DNA of 64,000 nucleotides from Clostridia bacterium (GTDB lineage: Bacteria; Bacillota; Clostridia; Oscillospirales; CAG-272), in the NCBI GenBank assembly GCA_017468385.1, contig JAFUIQ010000015.1, positions 15,726 through 79,725 on the forward strand, in the 5' to 3' direction. This document shows, one piece after another, positions 55,470 through 64,000 of the stretch (position 1 is the first letter of the stretch; every line of letters begins with the position of its first letter). Below the pieces are notes generated by a model. It was not told the DNA's origin. It was given only the letters and a program-made list of their open reading frames with translations, and searched no databases. A program made the position numbers and the translations under genes.

Positions 55470-56432
55470 GTGAAAAAGAAGAAAACATCAAAAATTCTTA
55501 TGCCGGCCATCATGCTGGCCATCACTGCGGCGTTTCTGGTTGCGTATTTGATGCTGGGAACGCCGGATGCGTCAGGTAACGAGACAGAGAACAATAACAC
55601 CGGTGATGAAGTGACTATCATTCTGCAGCGGGATGCCGGAAAAATTACCGAGTTGTCCTACACACTGCGTGGTTCGGAAAGACTGACATTCGCCTACAAC
55701 AGCGCATCCGCCAAGTGGATTTACGTGCCTGCACCTGCCTATCCGCTTCTCACGGAACACCTGGATTACATGGCTGCGGCCATTTCTTACATCGGTGTAT
55801 ACCGGACGCTGGACACCGGCGACACGGGAATATACGGATTTGAGAATCCAGCGGTGACTATCGAGGTGAGCTACGCAGACGGCGCCCGGTATGCCTTCGC
55901 CATCGGAAATCAGAACAGTATGACAGGTTACCACTACTTCAAGGATCTGAACACCGGTGCGGTATACACCATCGATCCGGCGCTGCTTCCCTATTTCCAG
56001 GTGTCGCTGGAGGATATGTTTGCCTATGATACCTTGAATGCCGATGTGGAAGAAGAATATATAACCTCCCTCACATGGAATATGGATGGCGAAACAGAAA
56101 CTCTCGAAAACCTGACGGAAGATGACCGCAGGACTATCTATGCGGCCTATCAATCCCTGAAGCCTGCCGCGTGCGCGGACTGGAGCGGGACCGATGATGC
56201 GCTGGCATCGTACGGAATCGGGGATAATACGGTAACCGTCGGGTATCGGCGTGCTGTAACTTCTGCGGATGAGTCCGGCAACGAAGTAACCACCCGTGTG
56301 GCGGCCAAGTATACGATTCGCTTCGGTACCCCTACCGATGACGGAAAGATCCCCTACGTTCTCCCCAACTCCCGCGTGATTTATCTGGCGGATTACTCAT
56401 TGCTGGAGCCGGTCGTCTCGCTTATCAGCTGA
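55470..56432 (+). CDS. DUF4340-like membrane-anchored protein (fourth gene of the GldG-type cluster)
   Basis: GTG at 55470, 7 nt after AAGAGG, gives VKKKKTSKILMPAIMLAITAAFLVAYL. The track start 55407 overlaps the upstream gene. The family guess is based on context. Confidence 0.5.
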   Translation: MKKKKTSKILMPAIMLAITAAFLVAYLMLGTPDASGNETENNNTGDEVTIILQRDAGKITELSYTLRGSERLTFAYNSASAKWIYVPAPAYPLLTEHLDYMAAAISYIGVYRTLDTGDTGIYGFENPAVTIEVSYADGARYAFAIGNQNSMTGYHYFKDLNTGAVYTIDPALLPYFQVSLEDMFAYDTLNADVEEEYITSLTWNMDGETETLENLTEDDRRTIYAAYQSLKPAACADWSGTDDALASYGIGDNTVTVGYRRAVTSADESGNEVTTRVAAKYTIRFGTPTDDGKIPYVLPNSRVIYLADYSLLEPVVSLIS

Positions 56433-56435
56433 TAC

Positions 56436-56477
56436 AAAAAAGATCCTCTGTATTTTTCTGATACAGAGGATCTTTTT
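56436..56477 (+). terminator. intrinsic terminator of the GldA/F/G-like operon
   Basis: 13-bp stem agatcctctgtat/atacagaggatct followed by TTTT. Confidence 0.85.
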
Positions 56478-56558
56478 GTGCATAGGACTTTCCTTTTTCC
56501 GGAAAATATGGTATACTGACTACAATTGCTTATCTTGACAGACACGGTGGTGGTATTC

Positions 56559-58289
56559 TTGAAAAAATTGTTATCACAAATGAAATATTACAAGTGGGAA
56601 TGTATTCTCGGTCCACTGTTCAAGCTGTTTGAAGCATCCCTGGAGCTGATCGTTCCGCTGATCATCGGACGCATGATCGATGTGGGTATTCACAACCGGG
56701 ATACCCGCTATATACTTGTACAGTGCCTTATTCTGGCGGCACTTGGCCTGGTGGGACTTCTGTTTTCCGTTACAGCGCAATATTTTGCCGCCCGTGCATC
56801 CGTGGGGTCCACGGCTCGCCTGAAGCATGACTTGTTTGCCCATCTGGGAAAACTCTCCTATTCCCACCTGGACAAGTTGGGATCCTCCACCATGATCACC
56901 CGTATGACCAGCGACATGAATCAGATTCAGAACGGTATCAATCTGACGCTGCGTCTGTTGCTCCGATCTCCTTTTGTGGTGTTCGGTGCCATGATCATGG
57001 CATTTACCATCGACACAAAGTCGGCACTTGTATTTGCCTGTGCCATCCCGGTTCTTTCTGTGATCGTGTTCGGAATTATGCTGGTGAGTATTCCTCTTTA
57101 TAAGCGGGTACAGGGCGCGCTTGACCGTGTTCTTAAAATCACGCGCGAAAATCTGACCGGTGTTCGCGTTATCCGTGCCTTCTGCCAGGAGGAAAATGAA
57201 GTTTCCGACTTTTCAGAGAGCAATCATTCATTGTACACACAGCAGCGTTTTGTCGGAAGAATCACGGCCTTGATGAACCCGCTTACCTATGTGATTATCA
57301 ACATAGCCATTGCTGTGCTGATCTATGTCGGCGCTATCCGTGTGGAGTACGGCATCCTGACGCAAGGGGCGGTAATCGCTCTGTATAACTACATGTCCCA
57401 GATCCTTGTGGAGCTGATCAAACTGGCCAATCTGATCATCAACATCACAAAATCCATGGCTTGCGCCAATCGGGTGCAATCCATTTTTGAAATTGAAACC
57501 GGCATGAAGAATTATCCAGAAGTTTCGGGTGCGGTACAGAATGAGGATGCGATCCGCTTTGAACATGTGACCATGCAGTATACGGAAGGTGCGGATGCAG
57601 CTTTGACGGACATTACTTTCTCCGTAAAGCGGGGAGAGACGGTAGGCATCATTGGCGGTACCGGCAGCGGTAAGTCCACGCTGGTACAACTGATCCCCCG
57701 CTTTTACGATGTACAAAGCGGTTGTGTGACTGTCAACGGCATCGATGTGCGGGCGCAGAACGAGGCGGATTTGCGCGGGCGCATCGGCTATGTACCACAG
57801 AAGGCAGTTCTTCTGCGCGGAACGGTGCGTGATAATCTCCGTATGGGCAATCCTAATGCCACAGATGAAGAATTGTGGCAAGCCATGGAGATTGCACAGG
57901 TCAAGGATGTGATTGCGGCCAAGGACGGCGGACTGGATTATTCCATCGAACAAGGCGGAACCAATCTGTCAGGCGGTCAGCGGCAGCGATTGACCATCGC
58001 CCGCGCGCTGGTGCGCAAGCCGGAAATCCTCATTCTGGACGACAGTGCATCCGCATTGGATCTGGCGACGGATGCGGCTTTGCGCCGTGCCCTGCGAGAT
58101 TTGGATCCGGACACCACCGTAATTATCGTGTCCCAGCGAACCTCTTCCCTGGCCCACGCGGACAAAATTATCGTTCTTGATGACGGATGCATGGTGGGTA
58201 TCGGCACCCACGATGAACTGCTCCGGAATTGTCCTGTGTATCAGGAAATCTATTATTCGCAATACCCGGAAAAGGAGGCTGTACGATGA
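56559..58289 (+). CDS. ABC exporter, fused permease/ATPase (half of a heterodimer)
   Basis: Track 56526..58289. The likely start is the TTG at 56559 (MKKLLSQMKYYKW..) after GGTGGTGG; the ATG at 56580 is the alternative. Motifs GGTGSGKST, LSGGQRQR and ILILDD. Confidence 0.88.
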   Translation: MKKLLSQMKYYKWECILGPLFKLFEASLELIVPLIIGRMIDVGIHNRDTRYILVQCLILAALGLVGLLFSVTAQYFAARASVGSTARLKHDLFAHLGKLSYSHLDKLGSSTMITRMTSDMNQIQNGINLTLRLLLRSPFVVFGAMIMAFTIDTKSALVFACAIPVLSVIVFGIMLVSIPLYKRVQGALDRVLKITRENLTGVRVIRAFCQEENEVSDFSESNHSLYTQQRFVGRITALMNPLTYVIINIAIAVLIYVGAIRVEYGILTQGAVIALYNYMSQILVELIKLANLIINITKSMACANRVQSIFEIETGMKNYPEVSGAVQNEDAIRFEHVTMQYTEGADAALTDITFSVKRGETVGIIGGTGSGKSTLVQLIPRFYDVQSGCVTVNGIDVRAQNEADLRGRIGYVPQKAVLLRGTVRDNLRMGNPNATDEELWQAMEIAQVKDVIAAKDGGLDYSIEQGGTNLSGGQRQRLTIARALVRKPEILILDDSASALDLATDAALRRALRDLDPDTTVIIVSQRTSSLAHADKIIVLDDGCMVGIGTHDELLRNCPVYQEIYYSQYPEKEAVR

Positions 58290-60031
58290 TGAAGAATCCA
58301 AGTGCATCCACCATCGCCAAGGTTCTCTCCTATATGAAGTCATACCGTTGGTTCATTGCACTTTCCCTGTTACTGGCTCTTATTTCTGTAGTACTGACGC
58401 TGTATGTTCCGATTCTCATCGGACGTGCCATCGATGATATTGTCGAGGCAGGACAGGTGAACTTTTCCCGCATCGTTCCGCTTCTTGCGGAGTCTTGTGT
58501 TCTGGTCGCTGTCACTGCGGTAATGCAATGGATCATGAATACGGTGAACAACCGGATCACCTACAGCGTGGTGCGCGATGTAAGAAGCGCAGCCTTCTCC
58601 CATATTCAGAAACTGCCGCTTTCCTATCTGGATCGCCATCCCAGCGGCTCCATCGTCAGCCGTGTCATTGCGGATGCGGATCAATTTGCTGACGGATTGC
58701 TGATGGGATTTACCCAATTGTTCACCGGTGCGGCAACCATAGTGGGCACACTCATCTTTATGCTGACGATCCATCCGCTGATCGCGGTGGTGGTTGTTGT
58801 TCTTACCCCGGTATCTCTGCTGGTGGCCAAATTCATTGCCTCTCGCACTTATTCCATGTTTCATAAGCAATCCGAGGTGCGCGGTACACAAACCGCACTG
58901 ATCGATGAAATCCTTGGAAATCTGAAGCTGGTGCAGGCTTTTTCCTATGAAGAGACGGCCCTTTCCCGGTTCGATGCCATCAACGGCGAGCTGGAGAAGT
59001 GCTCCTTGACAGCAATCTTTTTCTCCTCGCTTGTGAACCCGACCACCCGTTTTGTGAATAGTTTGGTGTATGCCGCCGTGGCGCTGAGCGGTGCTCTTAC
59101 CGCTGTGTTCGGCACATTATCTATCGGATCGCTGAGTTGTTTTTTGAGTTACGCCAATCAGTACACGAAGCCCTTCAATGAGATTTCCGGCGTAATCACC
59201 GAGCTGCAAAACGCTCTTGCCTGCGCCTCCCGTCTGTTTGATCTGATTGAAGCACCCGCGCAAATTCCGGATGCGCCGGATGCAGGTTCGTTGGAGCAAG
59301 CGACAGGCCGTGTGGATCTGCACGACGTTACCTTCTCCTACACCCCGGAGCAATCCTTGATTCACAACTTGAACTTGCACGTCAGGCCCGGTCAGCGTAT
59401 CGCCATCGTTGGTCCCACCGGATGCGGCAAAACGACACTGATCAATTTGCTGATGCGTTTCTATGATGTCAATTCCGGCGAGATCTCCGTGGACGGATTT
59501 CCGGTGACTTCCCTTACCAGGGCAGATCTGCGGAAAAATTTCGGCATGGTGCTCCAGGATACGTGGCTGAAATCCGGAACGGTGCGGGAGAACATCAAAT
59601 TCGGCCTGCCGGATGCCAGCGATGAGGATATGATCCGCGCCGCCAAGGCTGCCCATGCCCATAGTTTCATCCGTCGCCTGCCGCACGGATATGACACCGT
59701 GATCGGTGAGGATGGCGGCAACTTATCTCATGGGCAGAAGCAGCTGCTTTGCATATCCCGCGTCATGTTGTGTCTGCCGCCCATACTGATTCTGGACGAG
59801 GCCACCTCCTCCATCGATACACGAACAGAAATACGTATTCAGAAAGCGTTTCAGGCCATGATGGAGGGCCGCACCAGCTTTATTGTCGCTCACCGTCTTT
59901 CCACAATCCGCGAGGCCGATATGATTCTCGTCATGAATCATGGAAATGTAATTGAACAAGGCACGCACGAAGAGTTGTTGGCAAAAAATGGATTTTACAC
60001 CCACCTTTACAACAGTCAATTCGGCGAATGA
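58286..60031 (+). CDS. ABC exporter, fused permease/ATPase (second half)
   Basis: The ATG at 58286 overlaps the upstream stop (ATGA) and gives MMKNPSASTIAKVLSYMKSYRWF. Motifs GPTGCGKTT, LSHGQKQL and ILILDEA. Confidence 0.88.
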   Translation: MMKNPSASTIAKVLSYMKSYRWFIALSLLLALISVVLTLYVPILIGRAIDDIVEAGQVNFSRIVPLLAESCVLVAVTAVMQWIMNTVNNRITYSVVRDVRSAAFSHIQKLPLSYLDRHPSGSIVSRVIADADQFADGLLMGFTQLFTGAATIVGTLIFMLTIHPLIAVVVVVLTPVSLLVAKFIASRTYSMFHKQSEVRGTQTALIDEILGNLKLVQAFSYEETALSRFDAINGELEKCSLTAIFFSSLVNPTTRFVNSLVYAAVALSGALTAVFGTLSIGSLSCFLSYANQYTKPFNEISGVITELQNALACASRLFDLIEAPAQIPDAPDAGSLEQATGRVDLHDVTFSYTPEQSLIHNLNLHVRPGQRIAIVGPTGCGKTTLINLLMRFYDVNSGEISVDGFPVTSLTRADLRKNFGMVLQDTWLKSGTVRENIKFGLPDASDEDMIRAAKAAHAHSFIRRLPHGYDTVIGEDGGNLSHGQKQLLCISRVMLCLPPILILDEATSSIDTRTEIRIQKAFQAMMEGRTSFIVAHRLSTIREADMILVMNHGNVIEQGTHEELLAKNGFYTHLYNSQFGE

Positions 60032-60062
60032 TACAAATCGTCGGTATAATTACTGCGATCTA

Positions 60063-60091
60063 TTGACATCTTTGCATAAAACTGGTATAAT
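60063..60091 (+). promoter_or_regulatory. sigma-A type promoter of htpG: TTGACA-17-TATAAT
   Basis: TTGACA 60063-68 and TATAAT 60086-91. Confidence 0.7.
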
Positions 60092-60153
60092 TATTTTTTG
60101 AGAAAACGTATATGTTTTCTATCACTATTCCCAAAGAAAACGAGGCTTATCCT

Positions 60154-62013
60154 ATGAATGATTCTTCCCTTCAGCGCGGCGGTATCCGTGTTGAAATTGA
60201 GCATATCTTCCCCATCATCAAAAAATGGCTGTATTCCGAAAAGGAAATCTTCTTGCGCGAAATCGTATCCAACGCCTGCGATGCTGTTACCAAACTGCGC
60301 CGTCTCTCCTCCTTGGGTGAGGTTAAGGATCTGGATCTGACCGGCGCGAAGATTCGCGTTATTTTGAATAAAGCAGAAAAAACCATCACGGTAACGGACA
60401 CCGGTATTGGTATGACCGAGGAAGAGTTGCAGAAATACATCTGCCAGATCGCGCTCTCCGGCGCTCTGGATTTCGTACAGAAGTATGAGAATGCCGACAC
60501 CGCCACCGAATCCGGCATCATCGGTCATTTTGGCCTTGGCTTTTATTCCTCCTTCATGGTCAGCGATACCGTGGATGTGATTACCCGTTCCTACACATCG
60601 GATCGTGCAATCAAATGGAGCTGTACCGAAGCCGGTAAGTATGAAATTCAGTCGGACTATGATGACGACGATCTGCTGGACGGCCACGGAACGGCTGTCA
60701 TCATGCACATCAGCGAAGAGGGAGAGGAATTTCTCGACGCGTATCGGCTCAAAGACGTACTCAACAAATACTGCGCATTCATGCCGGTAGAAGTATATTT
60801 TGAGGACGAGAATGAGGAAAACAAAGAAAATTCCGCACCGTCTCCCATCAACGACACGAGCCCGCTGTGGCTTCGCCAGCCGTCCGAAATCACGGATGAG
60901 GAATACAAGGCGTTCTATCACAAAGTGTTCGGCGATTTCAAGGATCCCTTGTTCTACATTCATCTGCGCGCCGATTATCCGCTGAACTTCAAGGGAATTC
61001 TGTACTTTCCCCGCATTTCCAATGAATACGAAAGCCTGGAAGGCCAGGTAAAACTGTTCTATAATCAGGTGTTCGTAGCAGACAACATAAAGGAAGTCAT
61101 CCCCGAATATCTTCTTATGCTGAAAGGCGTTCTGGATTGTCCTGAGATGCCTCTGAACGTTTCCCGCAGTTATCTGCAGAACAGTGGATATGTAAGTAAA
61201 ATTTCCGCTCACATCACAAAAAAGGTGGCGGACAAGATCAATTCCCTGTTCAACACGGAGCGGGATACGTTTGAGGAATTGTGGCGCGATCTGAAGACCT
61301 TTGTGGAATACGGATGCATGCGCGACCGCAAGTTCTACGACCGTGTGAAGGACAGTTTACTTCTGGAAAAGTGCGGCAGCGGATTTGTTACGCTCCAAGA
61401 GTATCTGGAGCAAGCAAAGGAGAAACACGAGAACAAGGTGTATTATGCCACGGACAAGGTGGCACAATCGCAATACATCTCCCTGTTGGAACAGGAAGGC
61501 GTGGAAGTAATCCTATTGGATCGGGTACTGGACACCCAGTTTATCAACGTCATCGAAGCCAATCAGGACGGCGTGAAGTTTGTCCGTGTTGATGCGGAAA
61601 TCGCCGACGCACTCCAGAACAGCGACGCCGCACCGGAATGTGCCGACGCAGTATCCGCATTTGAGAAAATAGTGCAGGATGGCGTTAAGGTGGAGGTGCA
61701 GCACATCAAGAACAGTGATGTGCCGGCTATTCTGACTGTGTCCGAGGAAAGCCGCCGTATGGATGACATGATGAAAATGTATGGCATGCCAAACGGAGGT
61801 GCCGGCACTTTCCCGCTGGAATCCAAACTGGTGCTCAACGCGGCCAGCGATCTGATTCGGAAGATCGACTCGTTGTATAAAGAGAATAGCGAAAAGGCAG
61901 AGGTGTTGGCGCGGCAGATCTTCTCCCTTTCCCTGCTCAGCCAGCGCAAGCTGACCGCAGATGAGCTGAGTAACTTCCTGTCCGACAGTTATTCACTTTT
62001 GACGATGCTGTAA
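60154..62013 (+). CDS. htpG: molecular chaperone HtpG (Hsp90)
   Basis: Track ORF trimmed to the ATG at 60154. N-terminal GHKL ATPase box EIFLREIVSNACDA..DTGIGMT..GHFGLGFYS. Length ~620 aa. Confidence 0.93.
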   Translation: MNDSSLQRGGIRVEIEHIFPIIKKWLYSEKEIFLREIVSNACDAVTKLRRLSSLGEVKDLDLTGAKIRVILNKAEKTITVTDTGIGMTEEELQKYICQIALSGALDFVQKYENADTATESGIIGHFGLGFYSSFMVSDTVDVITRSYTSDRAIKWSCTEAGKYEIQSDYDDDDLLDGHGTAVIMHISEEGEEFLDAYRLKDVLNKYCAFMPVEVYFEDENEENKENSAPSPINDTSPLWLRQPSEITDEEYKAFYHKVFGDFKDPLFYIHLRADYPLNFKGILYFPRISNEYESLEGQVKLFYNQVFVADNIKEVIPEYLLMLKGVLDCPEMPLNVSRSYLQNSGYVSKISAHITKKVADKINSLFNTERDTFEELWRDLKTFVEYGCMRDRKFYDRVKDSLLLEKCGSGFVTLQEYLEQAKEKHENKVYYATDKVAQSQYISLLEQEGVEVILLDRVLDTQFINVIEANQDGVKFVRVDAEIADALQNSDAAPECADAVSAFEKIVQDGVKVEVQHIKNSDVPAILTVSEESRRMDDMMKMYGMPNGGAGTFPLESKLVLNAASDLIRKIDSLYKENSEKAEVLARQIFSLSLLSQRKLTADELSNFLSDSYSLLTML

Positions 62014-62014
62014 T

Positions 62015-62875
62015 ATGTATACAGAGGAAAGTATTCGCGTTCTGCGGGAGAATACGGCTGCCGTACATTCTCTATCCGCCAAAACAGATATTCTCCGTAA
62101 CGGTATTCACGCCGAGTTGATCCGCTGCATAAAAGCCAACGGATCGGATTGCGATCTGAAGGATGTATATGCAAATGTGATTTCCCCGGATCTGTGCAGT
62201 GCGGATTTCGCCCGCTTCTGCTATATGTGCACGCAGGAACTCACCTCGTGTGCAGCAATGGAAAATCTTCTGCCCGAATCCGCTCGGATAGATGATGATA
62301 TTCTGGACACAGATATTGCGTATCAGCGCAATATGTATGCTGACCGTGCTTTTGAATCCTTCGCTAACGCAAAAGCAAATGCATCCGCCCACTACCTTCC
62401 ATCGCTTACATCTGTTTGCGAGGAAGTGTATTATGGGCGATGCGGATATTGTCTTCTGCCAATTTATTCCTCAGAGGACGGAATTCTGACAGCTTTTACC
62501 CGCATGATCTCCAAGTATGATCTGAAAATCGATATGACCTGCGACGTCAGCGTCCGGGATGGGGACGCCATCCTTCGCTTCGCCCTGCTCCGGCATGGAT
62601 TGAATACTCCTGCATCCGATCCGTGCTATGTACAGATCAACGCCGTTCTGCCGGAATCCGTACGAATCGGATCGTTTCTGTCGGCCTGCGAGGCCGTGGG
62701 CGCCGACATCATGGAACTGGTTACTATGCCGCTTTCGTATACAAACGACAGCATTTCCTACACAATTCGTTTCCGCATTCCCTCCGACTTGCTTGCGGCC
62801 CTGTTGCTGTTTTTGCAGGCTGTTCTCGACAATTACTCCCTGGAGGGGATTTTCACTATGATACATGATAAATAA
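62015..62875 (+). CDS. hypothetical protein, distant prephenate-dehydratase/ACT-like pattern (probably non-catalytic)
   Basis: 286 aa, starting 1 nt after the htpG stop. DIAYQRNMYADRAFESF and YCLLPIYSSEDGILTAFTRMI resemble the PDT patterns IAYLGP.GTFS and YGVVPIENS.EG.V. I did not find the conserved TRF/ESRP motifs. Confidence 0.45.
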   Translation: MYTEESIRVLRENTAAVHSLSAKTDILRNGIHAELIRCIKANGSDCDLKDVYANVISPDLCSADFARFCYMCTQELTSCAAMENLLPESARIDDDILDTDIAYQRNMYADRAFESFANAKANASAHYLPSLTSVCEEVYYGRCGYCLLPIYSSEDGILTAFTRMISKYDLKIDMTCDVSVRDGDAILRFALLRHGLNTPASDPCYVQINAVLPESVRIGSFLSACEAVGADIMELVTMPLSYTNDSISYTIRFRIPSDLLAALLLFLQAVLDNYSLEGIFTMIHDK

Positions 62876-62896
62876 TTTTTGAAAGGATACGCTACT

Positions 62897-64000
62897 ATGT
62901 CTGACTACAAAGAGAATTACACCCGATGGCTGAACGATCCTATGGTGGATGACGCTACCAAAGAAGAGGTACGCGCACTGAAAACCGATGATGAAATAAA
63001 AGGCGCTTTCACCGGTTACATGTCTTTTGGCACCGCCGGTCTTCGTGCAGAGATGGGTGCCGGAACGGCAAAGATGAATCTGTACACCGTTGCCCATGCC
63101 ACCGAGGGTCTTGCCCGCCTGATTTTGAAAACTCCCGGCGGTAAAGAGCGAGGTGTTGCCATTTGCTATGACAGCCGCAACAACTCCAAAGAGTTTGCAC
63201 ATCGTGCGGCCGAGGTACTTTCCGCAGACGGTATTCAAGTGTATCTTTTCCCGGAAATGCGTCCTACCCCGGTTTTGTCCTTCGCCATCCGTGATTTGAA
63301 CTGCATTGCCGGTATCAATATCACCGCCTCGCACAATCCGTCCGAATACAACGGATATAAAGCGTACTGGGAGGACGGCGGTCAGCTTCCGCCGGATCAT
63401 GCTGCCACCGTTGCCGCCGAGATTGCTACCGTAGATATTTTCCGCGATGTTCCCGCAGCCGATAAAGCCAATCCCGCTTTGATCACGGTTACCGATGCAT
63501 CCTTGGATGAACGGTATATGGAAAAGGTACTGGAGCAGGCGGTGAATCCGGATGCGATCCCTGCCGTAGCGGACGATATGGCCATTGTATACACGCCTCT
63601 GCACGGTACCGGTGCTACGTTGGTACCCCAGCTGCTGAAGAAAGCCGGTTTGAAGAAACTGTTCACGGTAGATGAGCAGATGATTCCCGACGGAAACTTC
63701 CCGACTGTCAAATTCCCGAACCCCGAATTCCCCGAGGCATTTGCATTGGGCCGCGAAATCGCCAACAAGGTAGGCAGTGATCTGATCGTTGCTACAGATC
63801 CGGATGCGGATCGCGTAGGCGTTATGGCCAAGGACAAAAACGGTGAGTTCCAATGCATTACCGGTAACCAGATGGGCGCACTTCTTCTGGAGTATATCGC
63901 CACTGCGTTTGAGAAGACCGGCAAGATGCCTGCCGAGCCCTATGCGGTTAAAACAATCGTTACCAGTGAATTGTGCACGCGCATCTGCGAGGCGCATGGC
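62897..64000 (+). CDS. phosphoglucomutase/phosphomannomutase family protein (3' end beyond the window)
   Basis: Not in the track. ATG at 62897 after GAAAGGA. Translation gives MSDYKENYTRWLNDPMVDD..FGTAGLRAEMG..NITASHNPSEYNGYKAYW..ATDPDADR. Track ORF 62471..63997(-) is its antisense shadow. Confidence 0.88.
   Translation, partial: MSDYKENYTRWLNDPMVDDATKEEVRALKTDDEIKGAFTGYMSFGTAGLRAEMGAGTAKMNLYTVAHATEGLARLILKTPGGKERGVAICYDSRNNSKEFAHRAAEVLSADGIQVYLFPEMRPTPVLSFAIRDLNCIAGINITASHNPSEYNGYKAYWEDGGQLPPDHAATVAAEIATVDIFRDVPAADKANPALITVTDASLDERYMEKVLEQAVNPDAIPAVADDMAIVYTPLHGTGATLVPQLLKKAGLKKLFTVDEQMIPDGNFPTVKFPNPEFPEAFALGREIANKVGSDLIVATDPDADRVGVMAKDKNGEFQCITGNQMGALLLEYIATAFEKTGKMPAEPYAVKTIVTSELCTRICEAHG

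Noticed and set aside
6119-63997. Many long ORFs antisense to confident genes. Examples: 6119..7309(+), 8535..9749(+), 10012..11037(-), 12115..13287(-), 21495..22595(-), 22480..23904(-), 24539..25582(+), 37008..38384(-), 40072..41727(+), 42572..43744(-), 60091..61212(-), 62471..63997(-)
   Set aside because: Each lies fully inside a gene on the other strand that has clear family motifs. Their products are low-complexity, Arg/His/Gly-rich, and lack RBSs. These are typical shadow ORFs of a codon-biased genome.

Overview
This is a gene-dense 64-kb chromosomal segment that reads as a moderate-GC, endospore-forming Firmicute, probably Clostridia-like. Support for that: spoIIID with a sigma-E-type promoter, an SLH-domain wall protein, and the ylxM-ffh-rpsP-KH and DUF512-der-plsY syntenies. 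I call 62 conventional protein-coding genes plus one candidate small ORF. Two genes are cut by the window edges: glnA on the left and a phosphohexomutase on the right. I also call one tRNA-Arg(CCU), one tandem repeat, a dozen hairpin terminators and eleven near-consensus promoters. I saw no rRNA, CRISPR array, transposase, integrase or prophage genes. Most content is housekeeping: translation and secretion, cell wall and shape, isoprenoid synthesis, the chaperones HslO and HtpG, and several ABC systems. Five things deserve a second look. (1) A free-standing 52-codon ORF, 83% Asn/Gln, built from three 33-bp tandem repeats, with its own terminator next to the tRNA. (2) A DeoR-linked operon with two YjbQ/UPF0047 paralogs around an archaeal-size TIM-like protein, plus an amidohydrolase, an AraA-like isomerase and a divergent SIS gene, but no kinase, aldolase or transporter. 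(3) A mirror-image duplication of a coupled pair (DUF2233 phosphodiester glycosidase plus a membrane-anchored unknown protein) flanking CapA-like, GT2-GtrA and PAP2 genes. (4) A BlaI/BlaR1-like module with an unrecognisable sensor domain, hard-wired onto the end of the der-plsY operon. (5) htpG tightly coupled to a degenerate prephenate-dehydratase/ACT-like protein. All functional calls rest on motif recognition by eye; no database search was possible.
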